64,000 bases of DNA from contig CAVNZM010000005.1 in NCBI GenBank assembly GCA_963693365.1, positions 9,838,334 through 9,902,333 on the forward strand, in the 5' to 3' direction. The notes beneath the pieces were generated by a model. The model was not told where the DNA came from, did no database searches, and worked only from the letters and a program-made list of their open reading frames with translations. Source of the DNA: Amoebidium appalachense. Lineage: Eukaryota > Protista > Ichthyosporea. A program made the translations under genes and the position numbers. Shown here piece by piece: positions 50,837-64,000 of the stretch. Position 1 is the first letter of the stretch, and each line of letters starts with the position of its first letter.

Positions 50837-51775
50837 ATGGCAGTGGGAGCGCTCTCCGGAATGACTGCGGTGGTTGAGCGGATGGCCCGCCGGGGTCTAT
50901 TCCGTAACTCTCCCCGCTCTAGCCAAAACATTGACGCCGAAACAGTTAAATACGAAACCCCTGCGAGTGGCAGCACCCGCTCCTCTGCAAGCAGCACAAC
51001 ATCGACCGAGTGCTCCCTCACAAAGGCGCCCTACGTCGTCGATCATGGGCTGTATGTGGGTTCAGGTGGCAACGTTCCCAACGACATTTCCAAGCGCGAG
51101 ATTGAGTTGAGGAAACTGCCGAATGTTGAGTTTGGTGCGTCGCTCGCAAACGTTGCAGGGGGCCACATCATTGTCGTTATGGTTCATGAGTACATCATGA
51201 AGTACGGGCGCATGTTCTACTCCCCTGCTTTTATGCATGGGCTACGTGTGGGCGACGAATTGGTGTCACTGAACGAGCACGATGCCAGCTCCCTTAGCGC
51301 CGAGCAGTTTGAGGAAATCCTTTACGAGGAGTCATCGATTTTTCTCAAGATCAATGAGCAGCCCGGCGTTCAGGTTTTCACACTTCCCATTCCCGATGTG
51401 GTGAGATTTAACCTCGTTTCTTCTGAGCCAGAGAACGTGTTTGGCTTCACCTATGGAAAGGGTGCGGTCAACTCTGTAAGGGAGGGCCTCCTAGCACACA
51501 GCATTGGCCTTCCCGTTGGTTCATCCATCGTTAACATCAACAAGAAATGCATGCTTGGCCTTTCCGATGACGATGTTTTGTGCGAGCTGCAGGATGCGCT
51601 GCATGGTGGTGGTGATGAGGTGATCATCCATACCTTAAACGCATCTGTCGCTTCCGGCATTGTAACTGCTGGGAAGAAGGTTTTGGATGTGGTTGCTCCC
51701 AGTGTGTCTGTTGCTGAGGCTGTTAACAGAGACTTCGTGATTGGTGCTATGCCTCTGCCCAAGAGGATTTCTTAG
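50837..51775 (+). CDS. Intronless syntenin-like tandem-PDZ protein, paralog 1 (312 aa)
   Basis: KREIELRK..FGASL..SPAFMHGLRVGDELVSLN (PDZ1) and FGFTYGKGAVNSVREG..INKKCMLGLSD (PDZ2) follow the syntenin PDZ tandem (IREVILCK..SPASLVGLRFGDQ; VGFIFKNGKITSIVKD..INGQNVIGLKD). Confidence 0.85.
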   Translation: MAVGALSGMTAVVERMARRGLFRNSPRSSQNIDAETVKYETPASGSTRSSASSTTSTECSLTKAPYVVDHGLYVGSGGNVPNDISKREIELRKLPNVEFGASLANVAGGHIIVVMVHEYIMKYGRMFYSPAFMHGLRVGDELVSLNEHDASSLSAEQFEEILYEESSIFLKINEQPGVQVFTLPIPDVVRFNLVSSEPENVFGFTYGKGAVNSVREGLLAHSIGLPVGSSIVNINKKCMLGLSDDDVLCELQDALHGGGDEVIIHTLNASVASGIVTAGKKVLDVVAPSVSVAEAVNRDFVIGAMPLPKRIS

Positions 51776-52503
51776 TTTACGGGTGTGTGTGTTGAACGTG
51801 CTATTTGGAGAGGTACCATGATACGCTCATAACTTTTTAGCCATGCTTAGGGGATTTACAGGCCTATGCCCTTATATAACCGATAGAGAGACTCTAGGTA
51901 GGTTTGTGACCTGCTTAATTTTTTACACATGGCCACAAGTAGTTGATCGTCTTGTGTTTTCCTTGCCGTGCCCGGGGCTCGGTTGACGTCCACTATAATA
52001 CGTGACTACTGCCACTTCGTTTGTTTTGGCGCTATGCGTAGCGGCTAGTAAAAAGCTTGCACCCAAGAATATCGACGGGTTTTTTCCCATTTTGGTTGGA
52101 ATATGAATAAATTTGGCTATGCCAGTGTGTCCATCTGCTGATCTGCGAACAAAAACACCGTTCAGAAGTAATTGTGCAAGTCAACAATTTAAGGGCCTTA
52201 ACAGCTTAAAGACACGCTATAATATCGACACGTCCATATCAGTGTGTACGGCCCCTGTAATGAATATGCCTCATTTTTCGTTCCTCTTCACCATTTATGT
52301 CCCCTCTCTCCCCTCCACAACCCTCTCTGGCTCTTCTCCTCACTCCCAGCATGGCGAGAAAGGGAAAGGGGATTTTGTGTAGTGTGTGTGTGTACGTGCG
52401 TGGGTGAGTAGGGGTGGTGGTTGGGAGGGGGGGGGGGGGGGGGGGGAGGGGGGGAGAGAGGACTCTGGTAGTGGTGGGTGGGTAGGTGGGTGGTGGTACC
52501 GGT

Positions 52504-52535
<32 letters not shown>

Positions 52536-52824
52536 CTGCAGTGGCGCACTGGCAGGTGGTGTCTATAATGAAACATTAGAGCACACACCATGAAGCGGGC
52601 CCCCCGTGGACAATGTGAATTAAAAAAAAAGACATTTACACAGGCAGCAATTAGTTTTCTTTGTAGCTTCACTACAGAAAGGGCAATCAAAATATCTAGA
52701 GTTTTCTTGGTTTCGCAATTAGGAACGTGTGTTTATTGCCACCAAGTGTGGGCTTGGATGCATATATGAGGTTGACACCCGCTACAGTACTCGCCTTCAT
52801 ACCATTTTTTGTTGCCGAGGTGTC

Positions 52825-53012
<188 letters not shown>

Positions 53013-53269
53013 CCCGCATGCTTGTGTAAAAAGAACGAAGAAGAACAAAATTTATTATAAAACATAAAAACTAACAAAATGGACAAGCGTACAGTTGATT
53101 GTTGTCTTTTCAGATGGTGCCGGATCCACTTTTTTGGCATTCCACACACAGTAACTGGATGCACGTGCATGTCCATGTGCGTATGAATGATCGGACCATG
53201 CTCTGGCCAGTGTACATTCGGCAAGCTGACGCCGACAGTGCTTGGTCACCCCCACGACTAAATACCCCT

Positions 53270-53300
<31 letters not shown>

Positions 53301-53590
53301 CTTCCCCCTACCCCCCCCACCCACACAGCCTCACCACCACCACACACGCACATTATTGAAAACACTGTTTCAATCCTCCTCAGAAAAAGCCTCCCCTCTC
53401 CGGGAAGAAGGGGGAAAGGGAAGGGGGTGGACGGAGGAGAGGAGGGGGGGGGGGGGGGGGGGGGGGGTATGTGTGGCACGGAGGGTCACTGCATCTGCCG
53501 CGCTGTGTGTTACAGTACGATGCGCGTGTTTAATCTGTGGGTGTGAACGGCCTGTGTGTCTGCGTGTGTGCGTGTGTGTTTATGTATTTG

Positions 53591-53648
<58 letters not shown>

Positions 53649-54183
53649 GTGTGTGTGTGCGCACACACACACACACGTGTGTGTGTGTGACGGGTGCGCA
53701 TGTCCACGTGTCCAAACTGCTTGTGTGTGTGTGTGTGTGCCACGTGCGTGTGTGCGTGCATGTGTGTGTGTTTGTGTGTGTGCGCGCGCGCACGCGCGTG
53801 CGTGTGCCACGGTGTGCTTCAAAATTCAAAAGCAGCCCAACTTGAAGCCAACATGAATACGCACTAAAGCAGGAATTCAAAACCCAAAAAAAAACACCGC
53901 AACGTCCAACCAAAAACTTACGAGAATACATTTCTAATCCAATACCAAACTTTACCAGGCACACGTACACTCAAATAATTTGTGATGTTGGGTGCCATCA
54001 TGCAAACTTTCAATTCATACTATTTAGTAAGCTTTTTTTCCAGAGAGCTGTGTTGGAATTGCTCGCATAGCTTATTCATTGCTACGGACATCTGGCGTCG
54101 GCAAAATCAGCTTAAATAACATACGATATTAAACACATGCGGGTGTGGCACACCGTCCTTTTTTTAAGGCACACGAATCGAGA

Positions 54184-54255
54184 ACACACACATACACACA
54201 CACACACACACACACAATTGTGTACACGTACACACACACGTACACACACACGGAC

Positions 54256-54311
<56 letters not shown>

Positions 54312-54457
54312 CACACGCAAACACGTACAGGAAGACACGTACATACACACGCACGTGTATCACGTGCGCACATACACACACGCACGCACGCGCACAAATT
54401 CACGCACATATATTGTCACACAGACACACGCACGCAGTGCCACACAAACACATGCAG

Positions 54458-54490
<33 letters not shown>

Positions 54491-54830
54491 CACAAGAGGA
54501 CACACACACGAGTGGTGACACACAGACAGGCACGTACACATGCACGCACGCACGCACACGCACCACAGGGTCAAACACAAACACACACACACGACACACA
54601 CACGCAGACACACACACACGCACACACACACACACACACACACACTGTCACACACACACGCACACACACACATACGCACACACGCACACACGCACACACG
54701 CGCACACACACACACGCACGCACACATACACACGAACCAAGACACACACAGACACACGGAGTTTGACACCAAAATGAACAAAGCACAAACACACGCACAC
54801 AAGACACACGCACACAACACAACACAAGAA
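54184..54830. repeat. Degenerate (CA)n/(CGCA)n low-complexity tract
   Basis: Direct observation. Confidence 0.85.
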
Positions 54831-55763
54831 TTTCCATGACGAGAAAGAGAGTTGGGGGGGGAGGGGGGAGGAGGGGGAGGGGGAAGAGGGACAGGTAATG
54901 AAAGTCATGAATGACGTTTGACGTCGACATGTCACGGTCGTGCTCGGAGTGAATTTGCCGCTAAAGGGTGGTACATAATCCCCTTATGGTATCTGGCACG
55001 GTTTGAATAGGATCCCGTACGCCAGCCCCATGACTCCATGAGTCAGGATCCACTATTACAGCAGTAGAAACCAATCAGAACCGTCCAATGTCATCGAATC
55101 GGATGGCGCCTACTTGAGCACGTTGCATTCCAGTGATCGCTTTTGGTAAGTTGAGGGTCCCCCAGCACTCCAGACACACCCATGGAGCAGAGCCAGTAGG
55201 GAACATTTCTCTAGTGATATTCTGTGAAGAAATTTCAGAAGGGAAGGAATTATTGGGACAAAGAGGAAATGTTTTGAGAACATTGAGCAATTTTTTAAAT
55301 ATGAATAGAAATCGACAGTCTAATATATCACATTATGTTCTAATATGTTTAACATGATCGAGCTATGATGTTTCGAAGCTACAACTACGTTGCACTCGCA
55401 AAACCCAACTGCTTTGCAATTTACTGGAATGCCAATTGGGGGCGTAGTCAAATTTGCATTACCTTGAGTCCGGGTACAGCGGTGATTGGCTGTATAGACA
55501 TCGGATTCAGAGAGTTTGATTGACCAATCATATGAAGGCTGAGATCTGGGTACCGTGTGACTGATGTGCACAATATAATGTCCGTGGCATAGTCTGTGAC
55601 CGTAGATATATTCATTGTGTGTATAGAACAATATATTACCTTTTAAAAAAACATATCTAAAACAATTTATTCTCACATCATGTATTTACTTTAAAGAATA
55701 TCGAGTAATTTTGTATGGCGGCCATCACGGTTGAACCGCGCGCGCGGTTGCCGGTGCCCGGCT

Positions 55764-56277
55764 CAAGGCATTGCCAATCATTTCTCTCCCCCGTCGGTCC
55801 GGTTCGGTCCGGTCCGCGACCCTTACCGGTCCGGTCCCGGTCCGGTCTTTTTCGAGGCTTTTCGGCCCGTCACCCACCGGGCGGCTTACGTAAGTCGGGT
55901 GGGTGGTGCCGTGGTGCTGGCCATGGGAGCATCACATGTACACATGGCATGTGTCACCATCGTAACTGCCATTAGTCGTAGCTACAACACTATAAATGTG
56001 TGTGTGTGTGTATATGTGTGTGTGCTATTTAGGGGGGGGGGGGCTGTTGGCAGCCTTTGGCCGGGATTACGCAACCATCTCCACTGGTGCACATGGTGCT
56101 GCATGCTCCAATCGAAAGAAGCCTGCTGAGGCTCTTGGGCAAGCAGCGGGCCAGCCCTGTGGGAACCCCCCCCCCTCCATTCCCTTCTCACCCCCTTTCT
56201 CCCCATATATATACACAATAAAATACAGCTTTTTGTTTTTAGAAACACCATAAATGCGTGTATGTATGTAGATATAA

Positions 56278-56310
<33 letters not shown>

Positions 56311-56410
56311 ATCCCCAGTTTGAACGTTGGTCCTCGATTTTGAGGACCGGACCGGTCCGGCCCGACCCTGGACCGGTTTGGAACGTCGGTCTGGCCTGAA
56401 CAATGCCTTT
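55764..56410. mobile_element. hAT-type MITE (647 bp)
   Basis: 8-bp TSD GCCCGGCT at 55756-55763 and 56411-56418. TIR CAAGGCATTG / CAATGCCTTT. Clusters of CCGGT/ACCGG pentamers near both ends. Confidence 0.85.
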
Positions 56411-56495
56411 GCCCGGCTGCAGCCAGACGCCCACATATTGGTCTATAGTCACGCATTTATGTTGGTGTCAATTACATTGTTGAAATCTGCGCGCA

Positions 56496-56502
56496 TATAA
56501 AA
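56496..56502 (+). promoter_or_regulatory. TATA box of PDZ gene 2
   Basis: TATAAAA ~65 nt upstream of ATG 56568, same spacing as in paralog 1. Confidence 0.5.
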
Positions 56503-56567
56503 CCACTGTCAGCCGCATTTGTGTATCACAACAGCCAAAAACCCGTCTCTGGCAACAATGCGTGAAA

Positions 56568-57527
56568 ATGACCGTCGGAATGCTCACCGGAATAACTGTG
56601 GTGGCTGACATGCTGGGGAGGAGGCGAAAACTCTTGCGTTCTCCCCGCTCTTCAACAACCGATAACAACAACGAGAAAAAACGAAGCGAGACCCCAAGCA
56701 CCTACACCACCCTCCGTCCTATGCCCACGACCAGCGATGTCCCTTCTTCGCTTCAGAAGGAGTACAAGTCCACAAAGGCGTCCTACGTTTTCGACAACGT
56801 TTTGTCCGGCGTTTCTGACACCACCACAACAGTTGCTAAGCGGAAAATAGAGTTGAGGAAGTTCCCAAACAAGGAGTTCGGCGCGTCCCTCGCGAACGTG
56901 GCAGGGGGTCACCTTGTGGTGGTTATGATTCACAAATACGTCACCAAGCACGGCCGTCGTGTCTTATCCTCCGCATTCACGCAAGGGCTTCGTGTGGGAG
57001 ACGAAATCACGTTTGTGAACGGAAACGACTTATATCTCTCTTGCGCAGAGCAATGCGAAACGTTCCTCTTCAAGGAGTCAAACGTTGTCATCAAGGTGAA
57101 CGAGCAACCAGGCGTGCGCACTTTCAACCTTCCCATCCCGGACATTGCGCGTTCGAGCCTCGTTTCTTCCGGACTTGAGGGAATTTTCGGCTTCTCCTAC
57201 AAGAACGGTGCCATATCTTCCTTGAAAAGTGGTACGCTCGCACACAGTGTTGGTCTCTATAATGGCTTGGCCATCATCAGCGTTAACGGCAAGAGCGTAC
57301 TTGGTCTCTCGGAAAACGAGGTTTTGTGCGAAATCCAACATGCTCTGTGTGGTGATGGGGACGAGGTGGCCATCCAAACCCTCAATGCTGGTGTTGCTAC
57401 CGCAATCGCCGAGGGTGCAAGAAGTGTTATGGATGTGATTGCACCAAGTGTGTCTGTTTCGGAGGCTGTGAATAAGGATTTTGAGTTTGAATCGGTTCCT
57501 CTGCCCAAGAGGAAGATATACATCTGA
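56568..57527 (+). CDS. Intronless syntenin-like tandem-PDZ protein, paralog 2 (319 aa)
   Basis: Colinear with 50837-51775 (IELRKFPNKEFGASLANVAGGH, GLRVGDE, FGFSYKNGAISS, APSVSVSEAVN). ATG 56568 aligns with the paralog start. Confidence 0.85.
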   Translation: MTVGMLTGITVVADMLGRRRKLLRSPRSSTTDNNNEKKRSETPSTYTTLRPMPTTSDVPSSLQKEYKSTKASYVFDNVLSGVSDTTTTVAKRKIELRKFPNKEFGASLANVAGGHLVVVMIHKYVTKHGRRVLSSAFTQGLRVGDEITFVNGNDLYLSCAEQCETFLFKESNVVIKVNEQPGVRTFNLPIPDIARSSLVSSGLEGIFGFSYKNGAISSLKSGTLAHSVGLYNGLAIISVNGKSVLGLSENEVLCEIQHALCGDGDEVAIQTLNAGVATAIAEGARSVMDVIAPSVSVSEAVNKDFEFESVPLPKRKIYI

Positions 57528-58015
57528 TGTAGGTGGTGTAGCAAGTGCCCTCCCCACCCACGTGTCGTATAGGAAAAATGCACGGCAATAGGTTCTTCTC
57601 TTTTCGCTTGATAATCAAAAAATAAGAAAAATGTTTGTCGGCCACGGTGAACTATCTCTCATGATTTGAGCGGTGCAAGGTGTTACGCCCACCGTGTGTA
57701 AGGTCTTTTTTTTGAATATTCGCATCACTTTTGGCGGCCTTCATGTTTTGATCTCAAAGAGTATCCAAGTATTTTTGGCAGTGCCACAAATGAAAAAAAT
57801 CCGGGGCTGGTACCCTATGGAATATTAAAAAAAGTAAAAACAAATGAAAAAAGACCTACAAAACCAACATTCTCGTTACGGTGAGGTTACCGATTGAAAG
57901 AGAGGCCTAGGCATCATGAACACACACACACACACACATGCACGCACACGCACACACACACACATGCGACAAATGTGGCATGCCCCCCCCTCCACCACCA
58001 CCACCACCACCCATC

Positions 58016-58073
<58 letters not shown>

Positions 58074-58131
58074 GTATGATGCATGCATCCCCCCCCCCCC
58101 CTCCCCCCCCCCCCCCCCCACAAAACAGACA

Positions 58132-58220
<89 letters not shown>

Positions 58221-58586
58221 GTGGCACACACACCGTATGATGCAGCATGCCTCCCCCCCCCCCCCCCCCCCCCCCCCCCTACATACGGCCTTCCCCCCCC
58301 CCCCTCCCCCTCTCCCCTCCCCCCTCACACACCCGCCCCCCTCACACACACACATGCGGCATGCGCCCCCTCCCCTCCTCCTCCCCCCCTTCCCCCCATT
58401 CTCCTGGCATAATTAATGTGGCCTGGGCGCAACACAAGGCTTATTTGTTTCACGATAATATAAAAAAGGACACAGTCCGAACAAATAATATTGGTATTGA
58501 ATGCGACAGCTGCTGATGTGTAACCTGCACCTACCTGAAGGCAGTGGTGTAGCACAACATATAAGAAATACTACTGTAAGAATGTA

Positions 58587-58621
<35 letters not shown>

Positions 58622-58799
58622 CTCCCCAAAGAAAAAAAGAAACTGGTATGGGCTCTAGGTAAATTGCATGACATGCATCTGTCTGTGAACACCAATGATG
58701 TTTGCATAGCGTTACTGCAGTTTTCAGCATCTCGTGAGCATTTATCATACAGTATTGTGTAGTGCATTTCCTCCTCAACTCAAACTCCCCCCTGGCCCC

Positions 58800-58840
<41 letters not shown>

Positions 58841-59521
58841 CCCCACCCCCCTCCTCACCCCCACCTCCCTGCCCCTCCCCCACCCTTCCTCCCGCCCCTC
58901 CCCCCCCCCGGCCCCTCCCCCCCCCCCCCACCCACCCACCTACCCACTGCTACTACCCACCCATCCTCTTATTCAAACCACCTTCACACCTTTAGTTCAC
59001 CACCACCAGCAGCAGCACCTGAACTGTTACCTTTCCTTCATATTATGAAGGGGATAGGTCTAGTCAAAGACACATACGGTTGAGAAGAGGTGGGGGGAGG
59101 AGGGAGAGACTCGGTAGAAGTAATGAAGTTAAGGTTCACATTGTGGTGGGTTGGGATTAAGGAAGGGGGAGGGGGGGGGGGAGGGGGGGGGGGGGGAAGG
59201 TGGCGGAGGGGGGTACCGGTGGGTGGGCGGCTGGGGTGGAGGGGCTGTGGGGCAGGAGGGGGGGGGGGGGGGGAGAGGGGGGGGGAAGCGCATCCGTGCT
59301 TAACGGTCCTTGAGATTAATGAAGGAGCTAGTTACAACACTAAGGAACTGGGTTACCAAAAACAATTTGGGGAGAGGGGGAGTTGGGGGGGGGAGAAGAG
59401 AGGTTGCGAGGGGATGGGGGGAGGGGGGGAGCAGAGGTGGATGGGAGCATGGGGAGGGGGGGGGGGGGGGGAGAGAAGGTTTTCAGTAATGTCATCAAAG
59501 GAGCAGTAGTGAGGATGGTTT

Positions 59522-59570
<49 letters not shown>

Positions 59571-59683
59571 AGAAATAGTCGGTTTGGGAGCGACGGTATG
59601 CAACGGAAAAAGTACAAGTGTGTGCCCTGGTGGTGCATAAAAGGGCATTGGTTAGGCAGTGCTGTGGCGGCGGCACCAAGGAT

Positions 59684-59717
<34 letters not shown>

Positions 59718-60045
59718 AGGGGAGGGGAGATGGGGAGGGGGGAGGGGGAGGGGGGAGGGATAGGGGTGTGGGGTGTTTGAGGAGAGTAGAAGAAAGTGCC
59801 GTTGGATCCAGGGAAAAGGGAAGAAGTAAGAAAAAAAGACGTGTAAGATAGTTATTCATCCCTTTTTATTTATTTTTTATTTGTTGTTTGTGTTGCCGTT
59901 ATCTTCCTGACATGTTTCATATAAAAACGTACGCTATTAGCCACACAACAAATATGTACTATGCCCTTTTCAAGAAGACTTTCTAATATTACGATCATGT
60001 TAACCAAGTCATATCTCTATCAGGAGATAGGGAGATAGTGAAATT

Positions 60046-60923
60046 TCACGCCAGATATACAACAGGGGCCGTAATCAGCAATGCAATAAGCAGCCAATAC
60101 ACGAAGCCGTCCCGTGAGAGAGGGTGTAGGGAGCCGGCAGGCGATTGGCTGCCCTGATCCTCAGCCAATTGGGTGAACGGATCGTCTTTGCAGTTGCACG
60201 GCATTACCTGATCTGGCACCTGTGCGTTTTGGTTGGGTGGCTAAATTTAGCAACCAATGAAAAATTGGAAGGGGGGAAAGGGGGAACGCGGGAGATGAAG
60301 GGGGGGGGGGGGGGGGGGGGGGCTTGCGGCGCTGAAAAAGGCATAAGATATGATGGGTGTTGGATATATAGCAAACCGTGGTGTGGGAGAAACAAGGGAA
60401 TCTGGTGAAACTAACAAAAAATATAGTGTCCAATTTGCGACCAGGTAGGAGTGGAGAACACAAAGATTCAGCGGGAGTTCGAGATTCCCCCTCTGATTTT
60501 CTGTCTCCCCCCCCCCCCCCCCCCCCCATCCTTTTCCCTCCGCTTATTACCCTACAATGATAAGTCTTTCTTTAATTTTCTGTCTCTCCCCTCCCCCCCC
60601 CCCCCCCCATCCTTTTCCCTCCGCCTATTACCCTACAATGATAAGTCTTTCCTTAATTTTCTGTCTCTCCCCTCCTCCCCCCCCCCCCCCATCCTTTTCC
60701 CTCCGCTTATTACCCTACAATGATAAGTCTTTCCTTAATTTTCTGTCTCTTCCCTCCTCCCCCCCCCCCCATCCTTTTCCCACCGCTTATTACCCTACAA
60801 TGATAAGTCTTTCCTCAATTTTCTGTCTCTCTCCCGTTCTACCCACCCCCCTCCCTTTCTCTCTCCATCTCTTCCCCTTCCCGCCCTTTCCTCCTCACCT
60901 TGGAAGGAATCGGCCCACGGAAC

Positions 60924-60966
<43 letters not shown>

Positions 60967-61455
60967 ATAAGATCCGATTGAACATGCCGACATGTGTAAC
61001 CTGTTGCGTGCGGAGCAAGTGACAGGGAAGAGAGCAAATGTGTTCTTGGAAGGAAATAGAGGGTGAGAAGGGCGAAAAAAAAAAAAATTTTTTTTTGGGG
61101 GGGGGGGGGGGGGGGGGGGGGGGGAGACGGGGGAGAGGGGCGGCATGGGGGAGGGGTGAAGGAGAAGGAGGGGGGGGTGGGGAGGACGGGGTTGGGATTT
61201 TTTTGGGGGGGAAAGGGGGGGGGGGGGGGGGGGGGGGGGAGGGGGGGGGAAAGGGGGATGATGGGAGTAAACAGAAATGGTAAATACATGCCTTCTCACA
61301 AGCATCTTGGTTCGAACCCTTCTCGAATACTTGGTGGCGGGTAGTGTTTCCGCACTCATCGGGCTGACAGTCACTCCACTCACTCCACTTGTAGCATGTG
61401 GGGTGCGATTGGTACACTAGAACCTTGCTGTCACAGCGCCCGACACTGTGTTGTG

Positions 61456-61548
<93 letters not shown>

Positions 61549-62168
61549 GGGGGGACGGGTGCGAATGGGGGGGGGGGGAGGGGGAGAAGGGAATATATGT
61601 GTGTGGGGGGAGAGGTAGGTGGTGTGTGTGTGTGCGCACGCGCGCGTGTGCGCGCGAGCGTGTCTTTCTGTGCCAACGCTTGCATGTGTTCGCATGTTTG
61701 AGAGAGAGAGTGTGTGTGTGTGTTGTGTCTGGGTGGGGAGGGGGTGTGTGTGTTGTGGGTGTGGACGAGGGGATGGGGGTAGAAGCCTTGCCAAAGAGGG
61801 GTAGGGGGTGGGGGGGACGGGAGGGGGGGGGAGGTGAGAGGTCGGTTGGGGGGGGGGGGGGGGGGGGGGGTGCGTGTGAGTAGACAAGCTAGTTAGGTGG
61901 GTATCTGTGGGTGGAGACTGGGAGCAGTGGAGGTAGGGGAAGGGAGATGAAACGAGGGATCAAGTGATAAAGAGGGAAGAACTTATAATTCAACGTGTAT
62001 TGGGTTTGCTCGCGTGTGTTTGTCGTTTTCGTTTCACGCCAATCCCAATCCTTCTCTCGTTTTTCTTTTTCTTTCAAATTCATTCTTTGCAAATTTCAAA
62101 CTGTAAATGTGTCCTTTTAGGGAGCACATTTTATAACTGAGGGGAGGGGCGGGACGGCGGGGGGGGGG

Positions 62169-62204
<36 letters not shown>

Positions 62205-63145
62205 TTGGGGGAGGGGGTGGGGGGGCTGGTGTGCGTGTTTTCTTTTTAGGGCGCAGGAGGTAGGGGGGAGGGAGGGGTATGTCTTATATTTTATTATTTT
62301 TCTTTTTGGGGGGGGAGGATGCTGCTCAAACCTGTAGAATGGGGGTGCTGAAAGAATCGAAATATCACAAGGCCGACCCCTGCTATCCCACCGGCTGCAC
62401 TCGGTTCCCCACATTTGATTGGCCGCCTGGTGAAAATCGGGGGTCTGGTCGGACCCCACCAGCCAGCCCTCTGGAATTTCCATGGCCACATCTAGGCACG
62501 ACGCATTCTGACCAATTGAAAATAGGTTTAAAATTTTGGGTTAGATTTTGTGGTAACTGGTGTAGATATCCCGGGTAAAGTGGGGTGGGGTTAGTGTTTG
62601 CTTGTGTGTTGGCGGGGGAGGGAAGGGAGGGAGAGAGAGGGAGTGGGTGGAAGAGTTAAGTGAGTGTAAGGATGAGTGGAGTTGGGAAGTGGCAGGGGGT
62701 CCCGGGTGGGGGGGGGGAATGTGCTGGAACCGGGGTGTGAATAATGGGTGGATAGCCGACGGATGGAAAGGATTTAGTGGGATTTGTGGTCATCCTAAAC
62801 CAGAAACACTGGCATGTGAAGGTACATGAGCCCATAAGGTTAGCATAGCAGCTTCGTGACAGTGTGCTACATCTCTGACCCCTCGTAATGGTATTTAGGA
62901 ATTCATACAGAGAGTGCTGGTGTGGGTGGGTGGGAGGTTTTCCGGGGAGGAAAGGGAACGGAGGAGCAAGGAAGGGGGCAGGGCGGCCCCAGAGAGGAGG
63001 GAGGGGGGGGGGGGGGGGAGGAGAAGAAAGCCTGAGGCACCTGGTACAGGTTGGAAAGAGTGGGCACTAATTGGGGATGGGGGGAGGAAGGGAGAGAGGG
63101 CGAGAGGGGGGGGGGGGGGGAGGGAGGGGGGGGGAGAGAGAAAGG

Positions 63146-63238
<93 letters not shown>

Positions 63239-63406
63239 AAGGAGGGAGTTAAGGAGAGAAAGAGAGATAGAGAGAGAGAGCGAGAGTGGGAAGGAGGGAG
63301 TTAAGGAGAGAAAGAGAGATAGAGAGAGTGTGTGTGAGGGGGGGGTGGGGGGAGGAGAGAGCGAGAGAGAGAGAGAGGTGTGAGGCGTGTAGGGGGGGAG
63401 AGGGGG

Positions 63407-63445
<39 letters not shown>

Positions 63446-63657
63446 CAGGTGGATGAGTGGGCGGGCATGTGGGCAGGGGTGGGGGAGGTTAGAGGTTTAC
63501 ATGATTTGCCGGTGTATACGGACTACGAGGAGGGGTGTTGTCGAGTGAGGCATAAGTGATCTTGTTGTTGTGCGTCACATAGACGTTGGTGATGGTGGCA
63601 CGGCTAACCCACGTATCTGATTGGTTGCTGGGCCGGGTGATGAGGATACCGGCACAC
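60046..63657 (-). CDS. Extracellular protein with TSP1-like module and C-terminal GPI-like signal, 5'-partial
   Basis: Exons 63657-63501, 62507-62332, 61445-61288, 60212-60046 are phase-consistent. YASLDNTPP..NASCLDVAMEIPEGW; WSEWSDCQPDECGNTTR..DACEKAYQVMPCNC; terminal hydrophobic FVYWLLIALLITAPVVYLA*. Confidence 0.7.
60496..60835. repeat. ~81-bp minisatellite, ~4.2 copies, intronic
   Basis: Unit aattttctgtctctccc(C)n atccttttccctccgcttattaccctacaatgataagtctttcctt, starting ~60496, 60574, 60655, 60737, 60817. Confidence 0.9.
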
Positions 63658-64000
63658 CTGATTGGGTAAAAATCAGGTTATTTTCAGCTTCTGAAGGGGA
63701 TCGTCGGTACAATTTAGGATGCTCTCTGAATACTGAATACGACTGTGACAGTAGGTGTTCAGCAAGTTTCTCAGATAAGAGAATGGGGGAATGCGAGCAC
63801 ATCGGTACTAATCTTCTATTCGCTTTCAGTTATTGTGTTTTTTGTTTGTGGACCCCCCATGAGTGTGGGAGGTTCTTTTTTTTTATTGGGGGGGGGGGGG
63901 GGGGGGGGGGGGAGACAGGGTGTATGGGGGTGTGCATTGATAGAAACGGAAACATTCGTGCGGATTGCGGGAATTTGGTTCGTGTGGAAGAGAGAAAACC

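Noticed and set aside
50866-50910. CxxU selenoprotein reading of the uORF (CGG-TGA)
   Set aside because: Readthrough stops after 9 and 18 unconserved codons in the two paralogs; no SECIS identified
54961-55695. Kolobok-like element (TAAAGG...CTTTAA with CCAATCA motifs)
   Set aside because: Terminal complementarity too weak
60496-60835. CRISPR-like array
   Set aside because: No unique spacers, eukaryotic intron, no cas genes
61285-61295. GC-AG intron AAG|GCATGT in the TSP1-like gene
   Set aside because: A canonical GT-AG pair (61288/60212) keeps the frame and gives better Cys spacing

Overview
Eukaryotic, intron-rich genomic DNA. The gene content suggests an opisthokont, probably a unicellular holozoan such as an ichthyosporean (inference only). 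Introns are full of poly-C/poly-G runs and (CA)n/(GT)n tracts, so almost all ORFs in the supplied track are low-complexity artefacts. Genes spliced by hand with phase-consistent GT-AG junctions: a 5'-partial animal-type chitin synthase (+, 1-12048, 13 exons); heterotrimeric G-protein beta subunit (-, 6 coding exons); LUC7-like U1 snRNP factor (-, 9 exons); an orphan membrane-anchored coiled-coil gene (+); two intronless syntenin-like tandem-PDZ paralogs (+); and the 3' part of a TSP1-like, probably GPI-anchored protein (-). Mobile DNA: a tRNA-headed SINE nested in a ~0.9-kb retroposon (both with exact TSDs), a second retroposon copy inside a 2-kb TIR element, a hAT-type MITE and another MITE. 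The most unusual signals are a structured, C/D-box-like repeat family lying next to G/C homopolymer runs in introns, and a 16-codon overlapping uORF conserved in both PDZ paralogs.
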